Assembly (NCBI GenBank): GCA_039586365.1
Contig: JBDHKN010000054.1
Span: 1 to 32,433, forward strand
Direction of reading: 5' to 3'
From: Gemmatimonadota bacterium
GTDB lineage: Bacteria > Gemmatimonadota > Gemmatimonadetes > Gemmatimonadales > GWC2-71-9
Length of the DNA: 32,433 bases
Shown in pieces: positions 20,865 to 28,330 of this stretch (position 1 is its first letter; every line of letters starts with the position of its first letter). The notes under the pieces are model-generated. The model did not search any database and was not told the DNA's origin. It saw nothing but the letters and a program-made list of their open reading frames with translations. The position numbers and the translations under genes are program-made.

Positions 20865-21427
20865 ATATGCAGGACAGCGACGGGACGGACTTGAGTGCGG
20901 CAGAGCGAGCCGCCTTCGCGGCACTGACCAGTGAGCGTGATTCGGGCGCACTGCTGGAGGAGCGCACTGTCAGGGCTCTGCGGAGACGAGGTCTACTGAG
21001 GGTGGCCGGGCACCGGTGGTTTGGATTGCGACCGTCCTACTGGCTGACTGGAATCGCGGCAGCGGTGGCACTGTTCGTTAGCGGCGTGACAGTTGGGCAG
21101 TGGCTCGGCTCACGCGCCGTGGCAGGGCGGCTCGTGCAGGCGCAACAGCAGACGGCGTTGCAGGCAGCTGCGGCAGTGCAGCGTGCCGGATCGGCTTACG
21201 TCAATGCGCTGACAGCGTTGGCCGAAGTGGCCGATTCGTCCGGCGATGGCGCTCTGGACCAGGGTAGGGAAGCCGCGCTCACGGCATTGTACGCGGCTGC
21301 ATATGAACTGTCACACCTCGCGCCGGAGGACCCGATCGCGGTCACGATTCGCGAGCGACTCGAGGGAACCGAACTGGGTGGTCAAGCAGATGATGCCGGG
21401 CAGCTCAGACGAGTCGTTTGGTTCTGA
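20861..21427 (+). CDS. Putative membrane anti-sigma factor
   Basis: ATGA overlap with sigma stop; short N-terminus, one TM helix (WLTGIAAAVALFVSGVTVG), helical C-terminus. Confidence 0.65.
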   Translation: MNMQDSDGTDLSAAERAAFAALTSERDSGALLEERTVRALRRRGLLRVAGHRWFGLRPSYWLTGIAAAVALFVSGVTVGQWLGSRAVAGRLVQAQQQTALQAAAAVQRAGSAYVNALTALAEVADSSGDGALDQGREAALTALYAAAYELSHLAPEDPIAVTIRERLEGTELGGQADDAGQLRRVVWF

Positions 21428-21447
21428 ACCACGGTAAGGGAGGCACC

Positions 21448-22542
21448 ATGTTTGGGATCGGATCCAGGATGGCGAATAGCGCATTGGTAGTGGCGCTGAT
21501 CGCGACTCCGACAGTCGCACTGACGCAGGAACAACAGGGTTGGTGCAAGAAGAGTGGCGAGTTCGTAGTCGGAGCGCTGGGCTATACGGAACTCGAGTGC
21601 AACTGCGAAATCGGTTTGTTCACCGATACCCAGCAATTCATCTATCGCTTCAGGTCGGAGCCCGTGATCGGGGGGGTCAAGAGCGGTGGGCCCGCCGAAG
21701 GGAAGCTCAGGGCCCGCGACGTGATCACCGCGATCGACGGATATCTGATCACGACGGCGGAAGGTGGCAGACGGTTCGGCGGGCTCGAGCCGGGCAAGCC
21801 TGTGAACCTTACGGTGCGCCGCGACGGCCGCGAAAGGGACGTAACGATCACTCCGGTGGCGGAGTGCGAGCGAGTCACATTCGATACACCGCCGCCTGCA
21901 CCAGGGCAGCCGGTACGGCCGCATCCGGCGGGTCAGCCGGATCGGGGGCTGGCTGCTTCGAGGGCCATATCCGGCAGGCGGCCACCTGGAATGCCAGTGC
22001 CGCCACCGTCGCCCAAGGACATCATACCTGAAGGTTGGATGGGATTCAGCTTCTCCTGCTCGGACTGTTTTGCCAGTCGCGATGGCGAGACCCTTGTCTG
22101 GAGCTTCACGGAGAGGCCGACGGTCGACCGCGTCGAGCCAGGCAGCCCGGCGAGCCGGGCTGGTCTCAGGGCGGGGGACCTGCTGATCGCCATCAATGCC
22201 ACTGCGATGACGAGTCCCGAAGGCGGCCGACTGTTCGGTGCGGTTCATCCCGGAGATACCGTTGCCTTCTCGTACGTTCGAAACGGTCGCGAACGCTCAG
22301 CCCAACTCGTGGCGGGCGAGCGCATCGGGGAAGGGTGGGAGTTGTTGCGGCCACCTCCCAAAGCACCCGCACCCAGCCCCGGCGACGAGCCGCAGCCGGG
22401 TACGACCCGCTTCTCCGGGACCGTCGGCGACGCTCACATCTTGGTTACCGGCGGACCGATCACGGTGACCCGCACCGACGACGAAATCGTGGTTCGGAGC
22501 CAGGACATTACCGTGCGAATAAGGAAGACCGGAGGTAGCTGA
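21448..22542 (+). CDS. Secreted protein with two PDZ domains and Pro-rich linkers
   Basis: GGGAGG RBS; signal-like N-terminus; GGVKSGGPAEGKLRARDVITAIDG and RVEPGSPASRAGLRAGDLLIAIN PDZ motifs; no protease domain seen. Confidence 0.85.
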   Translation: MFGIGSRMANSALVVALIATPTVALTQEQQGWCKKSGEFVVGALGYTELECNCEIGLFTDTQQFIYRFRSEPVIGGVKSGGPAEGKLRARDVITAIDGYLITTAEGGRRFGGLEPGKPVNLTVRRDGRERDVTITPVAECERVTFDTPPPAPGQPVRPHPAGQPDRGLAASRAISGRRPPGMPVPPPSPKDIIPEGWMGFSFSCSDCFASRDGETLVWSFTERPTVDRVEPGSPASRAGLRAGDLLIAINATAMTSPEGGRLFGAVHPGDTVAFSYVRNGRERSAQLVAGERIGEGWELLRPPPKAPAPSPGDEPQPGTTRFSGTVGDAHILVTGGPITVTRTDDEIVVRSQDITVRIRKTGGS

Positions 22543-22946
22543 CATTTCCCCGCCATTCCCCCTTCGTAGGTCCATAGCTCGGCCCTCCGGGCAGCATCCC
22601 TGGGTTTCGCGCTATGCCGCTGTGCCTGCTCCCGGGCCGTGGACATCCGCCTGTTGACGGCGGACTCGACGCTACCGGCCGCTAGCTTCGAGGCCGCTCT
22701 ACGCGTCCCAGGCGCTTGCCGCCGCAGCTGGCCTCATAGGCGCTTCAGCAGCCACCCATGGCACACGCCACCGCAAGATGGTCGAGACGATTTTTCAGTT
22801 GCCATTGATACAGACAGTTGCGAGCCCCGGGCGGCCGAGTCCCGGGTGGGGGTTGAAGGCACGACTAGCGGTCCGCAGCGGGACAGCTCCAATTCTGCCG
22901 TGCATACTTGCGAGGGGTGGATTGAGATTCCTACACGGAAGGGAGG

Positions 22947-23360
22947 CTACTTGCCTGGGAGCAGCCTATACCGGCCTAGCCGCCCGAAGTCGGCGTCGAA
23001 CGTGAAAACGTCCGTGACCTTGAGCCGGTCCAACAGAACGAACGAGGTGCAATCAGTGAGTGAAAAGGGGTGGTGCCGGTGCTTCCGCAACAGCCGCCAC
23101 GCTGCCTCTTCCGTTTCTCGATCAACCCACTCCATGCGGATGACTCCCGATCGCAGTTTCTCGCCCAACTCGATCTTCTTGTCAGGATAGCGCGCGAACC
23201 AGGACATCAGCTCATCGAACACGTACGTGCTCGTAACGAGTTCGGCGAACTCTCCGGCCTTGACCAGATCGGCGAATCTGGCCGCGCGCCGATGATTGAT
23301 GTCGTCCGCTTCCTCGAGAGCGATGAAGGCGCTCGTGTCCATGAACAGCCGGCCGGGCAT
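22947..23360 (-). CDS. PIN-domain (VapC-like) toxin
   Basis: [11 protein letters not shown]...YVFDE...SLTDCTSF...VFTFDADF acidic PIN residues. Confidence 0.9.
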   Translation of the reverse strand: MPGRLFMDTSAFIALEEADDINHRRAARFADLVKAGEFAELVTSTYVFDELMSWFARYPDKKIELGEKLRSGVIRMEWVDRETEEAAWRLLRKHRHHPFSLTDCTSFVLLDRLKVTDVFTFDADFGRLGRYRLLPGK

Positions 23361-23361
23361 G

Positions 23362-23595
23362 TTACTTGGGACGGTCGTGGTCGACCGAGCCACGCTTCCG
23401 CCCAGTGTGTATGGGGGTCTCGCCGAATGGAAAGTGCACGGCGGCCGAGCAGTCAGCGTTCTTGCGAAGATCCGCTGCAACCACGCGACGTAGATACTCG
23501 CCGACACTGAGCCCCAGACGGCGGGCCTGTCTGTTGATGTCGTTCTTCATCTGCCTCGGCAGCAGGAGCTGGATGCGTTCCTCGGAGATGGGCAT
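23362..23595 (-). CDS. Ribbon-helix-helix (CopG-like) antitoxin
   Basis: ERIQLLLP...[24 protein letters not shown] tail; directly upstream of the PIN gene. Confidence 0.85.
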   Translation of the reverse strand: MPISEERIQLLLPRQMKNDINRQARRLGLSVGEYLRRVVAADLRKNADCSAAVHFPFGETPIHTGRKRGSVDHDRPK

Positions 23596-23606
23596 CGCGA
23601 CCTCAT

Positions 23607-23651
23607 ATGCTCATGTGCATACAAGCTATATGAGCATGTTCATGCTGACAA
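23607..23651 (-). promoter_or_regulatory. TA promoter with RHH operator array
   Basis: Minus strand TTGTCA(23651-23646)-17 bp-TAGCTT(23628-23623); four ATGnnCAT palindromes at 23607, 23613, 23630 and 23636. Confidence 0.7.
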
Positions 23652-23734
23652 GGTGCATCGCCCCACAAGTGCAATTCAAACGGCGAGCTGTTCGGGCTAC
23701 ATAGGCAAAACGACGCAGCCAGAAGCGGAATGCC

Positions 23735-23950
23735 TCAGTGTTGCGAGAACTCCCTATCTCGCGCACACCTATAGGCGCTCGGGCCGAGGCTGGCAGCGAG
23801 TTCCGGGCGCAGGACCTTGATGGCTACCTGACGGCGATGCTTGAGATCCTCGGCGAGATAGACCGTTGCCATGCCACCGGCGCCGAGTTCCCGCTCGATC
23901 GTGTAGCGGTCGGCGAGTGCTGCTCTGAGACGGTCCGGTACATAGGCCAC
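23735..23950 (-). pseudogene. 5' stump of Ser/Thr kinase (N-lobe only)
   Basis: [50 protein letters not shown], then unrelated sequence. Confidence 0.88.
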
Positions 23951-24010
23951 GATGACGGAGCCGCGGTGGCTCCAGCACCAAGCTACGGCTCAATGTCGCA
24001 CGCAGCCAGG

Positions 24011-24276
24011 TGTTGTCCCAATGTGCCTCGAAAGTGCGCGGACTGGGGTACACCGGTGTCACTCAGTGACACGACTCGACAGCGTCGAACCGCGTCACGA
24101 TGTCATTCGGTGTCAGTGCGTACCGATTTGGATGGCAATGTCTGCGGACTGAAAATCCTCGTGCCGGCGGTGGACGCCCCTACCCCACCACAACACCACT
24201 CGCGTCTGCCGCGCAACAATTCCGGCCCTGGCCATGCGAAAAGCCCCCTTCTGACGGGGCTTCCGCGTTGGTGTGC
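24011..24276 (+). mobile_element. att-like site: arm motif, TGTCA repeats, tRNA-Phe-derived core and repeat copy 2
   Basis: TGTCCCAATGTGCC (24014-24027); GTGTCACT-C-AGTGACAC palindrome (24056-24072); GGACTGAAAATCC (24146-24158); 24155-24276 matches 10467-10588. Confidence 0.7.
24144..24190 (+). pseudogene. Degenerate tRNA-Phe(GAA) 3' half
   Basis: gcGGA-CTGAAAA-TCCTC-GTGCC-GGCGG-tggacgcccctacccc-ACCA: anticodon loop, variable loop, T-stem 5' strand and ACCA are recognisable; TTCGA loop and 5' half absent. Confidence 0.75.
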
Positions 24277-24366
24277 GGTGGGCTTCATAGCCGTCCCGTG
24301 CGGAGATACTCACGGACGGCAGCTTGCCGCGGCCCGGAAACGATCGAAGTCACCGGTCATCGACGT

Positions 24367-24588
24367 TTAGCGTTCCCGTCGTCCCTCGCGCACCGCAGTG
24401 ACGATTTCGTCACGACACAAGCCGAGCTTTACGCCTTTGACGCCTAGCGGTGACTCATTAGACCGTTCGGGACGCAGTACAAATATCTGCCCATCGCGTA
24501 TGAGTATGCGCACTGATCCTACGCGGCGGGCCTCCTCGAGTACCTTCGCGAATCTCTGCCTCGCCTCTGAGTAGGTGTATACCTTCAT
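24367..24588 (-). CDS. Phd/YefM-like antitoxin
   Basis: MKVYTYSEARQRFAKVLEEARRVGSVRI..RDG..SPLGVKGV; ATGA overlap with upstream PIN stop. Confidence 0.85.
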   Translation of the reverse strand: MKVYTYSEARQRFAKVLEEARRVGSVRILIRDGQIFVLRPERSNESPLGVKGVKLGLCRDEIVTAVREGRRER

Positions 24589-24824
24589 TCCGACACCTCC
24601 AAAACATCCAGACCGATCTCCTTCGCGGCACGCACCAAACGGCCATCCAACGTCAACACGGGACTGTGGTGCAAACGTGCACACTGAAGCACGTACGCGT
24701 CGTAAGCATAGATCTTCAACTCAGCCGCACTCGCCAGGGCATCGGCCAAGTCCACATCAACGAACTGAATCGGGATCTCGGCGTAGGTTCTCAGTGCCTT
24801 ATGCACCTGTGCGAGATGCCTCAC
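24585..24824 (-). pseudogene. 5'-truncated PIN-domain toxin
   Basis: Has YAYDAYVLQCA and LTLDGRL but lacks the N-terminal DTS motif; begins 1 bp after a kinase-tail stop codon. Confidence 0.8.
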
Positions 24825-24825
24825 G

Positions 24826-25065
24826 CTACTGCGGCAAATTCACCCGCCGACGCAGATCGTGGTACCGCGGGTCGTCGTGGAGGCTCTCGATAGGCGGCCA
24901 GGCACTCAGATACGGCACGCCAGGATCGTGCTCCTCGAAACCGCGCTCCAGCCAATCGAGGGTTAGGCTGTCCTCCCCGGCGAGACCATACACCGTGGCG
25001 ATCTCGCCTCTGCCCGATTCTGGGACTCGTCCCTCCCAAATCCGAGCAAGAAGGCGAGGCTTCAC
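24826..25065 (-). pseudogene. 3' stump of a TPR-tailed protein (kinase/TolB-like-TPR type)
   Basis: IATVYGLAGE...LDWLERGFEEHDP...LHDDPRYHDLRRRVNLPQ*, homologous to the tail at 26305. Confidence 0.8.
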
Positions 25066-25094
25066 GAAGTAATGCTGAGCTGAGAGTGTTTACA

Positions 25095-25138
25095 GATAAA
25101 GGACTTACCGCGTCCGCTGTCCGCGGCACACACGTTGC
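25095..25138 (+). promoter_or_regulatory. Putative sigma54 promoter with upstream IHF-like site
   Basis: GGCACACACGTTGC (GG 25125-25126, N10, GC 25137-25138); GATAAAGGACTTA at 25095-25107 resembles WATCAANNNNTTR. Confidence 0.55.
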
Positions 25139-25221
25139 CTCAGGTCGACCTGGAACGTTCGATCCGTACGTCTATTCGTGCCGGTCTGCGACCACAAATG
25201 CTGAACGGGGAGGGTTCACGC

Positions 25222-26115
25222 ATGAAACGGATTCTGGTAGCTGCGCTGGTTTCGGGAGTCCTGGCCGGCCCGGCCATGGCACAGGATGGTTCGACCCTTG
25301 AGGAGGACCGCGCGGGTGTTGAAGCCGCGGCCCGCGATTACATGGAGGGGGCTTTGTTCGCCAACGCTGATCGCATGACCAGGGCGGTGCACCCCGGACT
25401 CACGAAAGTCGTTGTTGGCAGAAACCGCCTGACCGGCAGACAGTTCCTGAGCTACAACACTGCCACGCTGTTGGTGGAGTGGGTCCGCAGTGCCGAGGAG
25501 CGGATGGCGAACGTCGACAAGAACGTGGATGTCACCATCTTTGATATCGATACCAGACTTGCCACCGCGCGTGCGATCGGTTCACTGTGGTACGACTTCC
25601 TGCAGCTCGCGAAGATCGATGGTGAATGGCGGATCGTCAACATTCTGTGGGCTCCCAACCGCGTGGTGGGTCCCAACCGCTCGGCGGCCGAAGAGGAGGC
25701 GCGAGTGGTTCCGGATGCGAGAGACAGTGCTCAGGTCATGGCGCAGGCGCTCAACTACATCGAGGGCTCCTTCACAGGTGACGCCGGAAGGATGGAAAGT
25801 GCCCTTCATCCCGAACTAACCAAGGTAATGTTGGCCTACGATCCTACCACGCACCGGCCATACCTTCGCACGATGGGAGCGTCGGACCTCATCGAGGAAA
25901 CGCTCGCCGGGATGGGAATGGTACCGGAGGACGAATGGCACATCGATGTGGAGATCCAGGATGTCTCGCGCGGCATTGCCTCCGTGAAAGTCACCTCTTC
26001 GATGTACATCGACTACTTGCAGATGGGTAAGGTCAACGGCACCTGGAAGATCGTCAACGTGCTCTGGGTGCCTAACCCGGAGAGGCCGAGGCTTAGGCCG
26101 AGCCTGAGGCGCTGA
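25222..26115 (+). CDS. Secreted protein with two tandem NTF2/SnoaL-like (Lumazine_bd_2-type) domains
   Basis: Signal peptide ending AMA-Q; two repeats A.DYMEG...AVHP.LTKV...DFLQLAKIDGEWRIVNILW and NYIEG...ALHPELTKV...DYLQMGKVNGTWKIVNVLW. Confidence 0.85.
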   Translation: MKRILVAALVSGVLAGPAMAQDGSTLEEDRAGVEAAARDYMEGALFANADRMTRAVHPGLTKVVVGRNRLTGRQFLSYNTATLLVEWVRSAEERMANVDKNVDVTIFDIDTRLATARAIGSLWYDFLQLAKIDGEWRIVNILWAPNRVVGPNRSAAEEEARVVPDARDSAQVMAQALNYIEGSFTGDAGRMESALHPELTKVMLAYDPTTHRPYLRTMGASDLIEETLAGMGMVPEDEWHIDVEIQDVSRGIASVKVTSSMYIDYLQMGKVNGTWKIVNVLWVPNPERPRLRPSLRR

Positions 26116-26140
26116 TCGACTACAGTGGACGGTGCCGGTC

Positions 26141-26220
26141 CGAGGCACATTCAACGCACATGGGCCCGGGAGCCGCGTCCCGACGGGCCTCCCGATACGG
26201 TCAGAGGATTCTTAGTCCTC
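26141..26220 (-). mobile_element. Second att-like site in inverted orientation
   Basis: Minus strand GAGGA-CTAAGAA-TCCTC (26220-26204), then ATGTGCGT-TGA-ATGTGCCT (26161-26143); AATGTGCCTCG is identical to 24020-24030. Confidence 0.55.
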
Positions 26221-26304
26221 GGTACACCACTGCAGCCAGTGCGGAACGACAGCAGGCAGCACCCGCTCGTGCTTGAGAGTGGAAATCGAATCGCGGACTC
26301 GACA

Positions 26305-26750
26305 CTACTGCGGCAGATTCATCCGCCGCAGCAAATCCTGGAACCGTGGATCGGCGCGCATTGAGTCGTAGATCGGAAGCCCCAGGCACGGCATGTTGCC
26401 ATCACCGGCCTGGTATGCTCTCTCGAGCCACTCGAGTGTTTGGCCCCTTTCTCCGGCATATAGGTACGTAAGCGCGACCTCGAAGGCAGACGGTCTACCC
26501 GACTCCCAATAGCGCCTGGCCATCACCTCCGCGATCCGGTTTTGCGCGTCGCTGTACCCCGCTTCCGAATATCCCTGCTCCAACGCTTCCAGAAGTTCAC
26601 GGTCGCCGCCGATACTCTCACTGTTCAGGGCGAGGGCCTCTTCGAACATCCCTTTCATGAACAGGGCACTACACAACCCGTCCCAGGCGACTGGGGCGTT
26701 GGGTTGGATCCGGAGCGTCGCTCGGGCCGCAGCGATGGCTTCGTCGTCGC
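26305..26750 (-). pseudogene. 3' stump of a TPR-tailed protein (kinase/TolB-like-TPR type)
   Basis: DEAIAAARATLRIQPN...LEWLERAYQAGDGNMPCL...MRADPRFQDLLRRMNLPQ*; starts mid-TPR, no RBS. Confidence 0.8.
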
Positions 26751-26761
26751 AAGACATTACG

Positions 26762-26774
26762 TATCAATAGCTTA
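26762..26774 (+). promoter_or_regulatory. IHF consensus site
   Basis: TATCAA-TAGC-TTA matches WATCAANNNNTTR exactly. Confidence 0.5.
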
Positions 26775-26820
26775 CGGTGAACCAACGGCGCCGACTGAGG
26801 TGCGCACACGTAGTTGGACC

Positions 26821-26872
26821 TTGACGGAGCAGGTTTTCTCGTATAAAGTGTACTTTGAATATCAAAGTACAC
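26821..26872 (+). promoter_or_regulatory. sigma70-type promoter and palindromic operator
   Basis: TTGACG(26821)-17 bp-TAAAGT(26844); perfect inverted repeat GTGTACTTTGA-ATA-TCAAAGTACAC (26848-26872). Confidence 0.8.
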
Positions 26873-26907
26873 GTGCAGGAAGCGTACTTGTTCATGGAGA
26901 CGGCGCG

Positions 26908-27558
26908 ATGCAGAGAATAGACTTGAAGGTGGTGGAGCGCAGTGCCTTCAAAGCAGCAGTTGATACCGGGCTGTGGGATGTCTTCATTGCGGCTCTTGTA
27001 GCGATGTTACCCATCGTGTCGCTACTGGGCGGGACGCTAGGCGACTTCTGGAGCCCGGTCGTCTTCCTTCCCGTTTTGGGAGGTACATATCTAGCCATCC
27101 GATTCGTCCAGGAGCGCGTCGTCGTTCCCCGGGTCGGTCAGGTGCGGTGGGGCTCGTATCGCAAGGCCCGGCTGAAACGATTCACCGTGGCGATGTTGAC
27201 CGTGAACGTAGTTGCACTGGCGTTGGGCGGCGTCGCTTTCATCGCCACTCAACGAGGAGCAGAGGAGCTGTGGGTGTTCCCCGCGATGCTCTCGGTGGTC
27301 CTTCTCGTGGGTTTCTCCTTCGCGTCCTACTCCCTGAACCTCCCGCGCCTCTTCCTTTACGGCCTACTGCTCGCAGGAGGGTCGTTGATCGGCGAGGCGT
27401 TGTTCCGCCAGGGCCGTGTCTCCCACCACGGGTTCCCTCTCGTGTTTGGGACAGCCGCTCTGATGATCGCCACGATCGGTCTGATCAAGTTTGCCCTTGT
27501 TGTCCGCAGTACTCGCCCCGTCTCTGATGAGGCGTCAGTGGTTGAAGACGATGACTGA
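26908..27558 (+). CDS. Multi-pass membrane protein
   Basis: GGAG RBS; MQRIDLKVVERSAF..DTGLWD, then about 6 hydrophobic segments, VVPRVGQV. Confidence 0.8.
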   Translation: MQRIDLKVVERSAFKAAVDTGLWDVFIAALVAMLPIVSLLGGTLGDFWSPVVFLPVLGGTYLAIRFVQERVVVPRVGQVRWGSYRKARLKRFTVAMLTVNVVALALGGVAFIATQRGAEELWVFPAMLSVVLLVGFSFASYSLNLPRLFLYGLLLAGGSLIGEALFRQGRVSHHGFPLVFGTAALMIATIGLIKFALVVRSTRPVSDEASVVEDDD

Positions 27559-27877
27559 CCGCCCGGGAGACTCGTGGGCCGATCCGCTGAGTGGAATCGA
27601 CCCTGTCATTCACGCTCCAGCCAGGTTGAAGCTGTTGACTCAGCTATACGTAGTTGAGGCTGCGGATGCGACCTTCCTGGTCAACCGGACTGGCCTCACC
27701 TGGGGCAATCTCTCCACGCATGTGGGCAAGCTTGAGGAGAGCGGCTACGTGGCTCTTGAGAAGGGGTACCGGGGGAAGAAGCCCTGCACGATGATCCGCC
27801 TCACCAGGGAGGGCCGCGAGGCGTTCCGACAATATCGGGCCAATATGCAACAGGCGCTTGGAGACCTGCCAGAGTGA
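27551..27877 (+). CDS. Winged-HTH regulator (HTH_34 / MarR-ArsR-like)
   Basis: IDPVIHAPARLKLL...GLTWGNLSTHVGKLEESGYV...LTREGREAF. Confidence 0.9.
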   Translation: MTDRPGDSWADPLSGIDPVIHAPARLKLLTQLYVVEAADATFLVNRTGLTWGNLSTHVGKLEESGYVALEKGYRGKKPCTMIRLTREGREAFRQYRANMQQALGDLPE

Positions 27878-27984
27878 CCACCCTAGACTACGGGCTGCCG
27901 CTGGGGTCGGCCAGAGTCAGCGACGATCGGGGTCAGGGACGGTTTGGCGCCCCTAGGTAACGCTCGTTTGGCGGCTGCTGCACA

Positions 27985-28300
27985 CTCTCGGGACTCTCCG
28001 CCCGCGGCAGACACTCGGCGCAGGCGGTATTCCTGATCGACGTACACCACGGTCCCGTCGTCCAGCCACGCGGCGGGGGATGCGTTGTACGTCTCCACGG
28101 AATCAGCGAGTCTAATCGCCGCGCCCCCATCCACCGCGCCCTTGCGCAGTTGGCCGCCGGCCGTGAAAGCTATCCACCGCCCGTCAGGAGATACCGACGG
28201 GCCGCGCGCGCCATTGGCGCCTAGCAACGGCACAGCCTCGTAACCGGTCCCGAGCCTTGATCCAAAGCTGACCGCCGCCCTCAGAACCCAGAACCATGAT
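27985..28300 (-). pseudogene. Internal fragment of PD40/TolB-like beta-propeller (typical kinase sensor tail), frameshifted
   Basis: GGQLWIKARDR, 1-nt frameshift, YEAVPLLGANGARGPSVSPDGRWIAFTAGGQLRK..DGG..AWLDDGTVVY..LRRVSAAGG; boundaries approximate. Confidence 0.75.
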
Positions 28301-28330
28301 CTGCGGACGGCGCAGGTGCGGATCTATGCG

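Noticed and set aside
22543..22946. 400-bp intergenic stretch with small hairpins as a possible ncRNA
   Set aside because: No recognisable family or repeat elsewhere in the window.
24144..24190. Functional tRNA-Phe gene
   Set aside because: No 5' acceptor strand or D-arm, and the TTCGA T-loop is absent.
10467..26220. CRISPR array or classical integron attC sites
   Set aside because: No regularly spaced short repeats, no cas or intI gene, and no RYYYAAC/GTTRRRY-bounded hairpins recognised.
14238..27960. Short palindromes near junctions (CCTTAAGG, CCTATAGG, CCTAGG)
   Set aside because: Too short and inconsistent in position to call a target motif.
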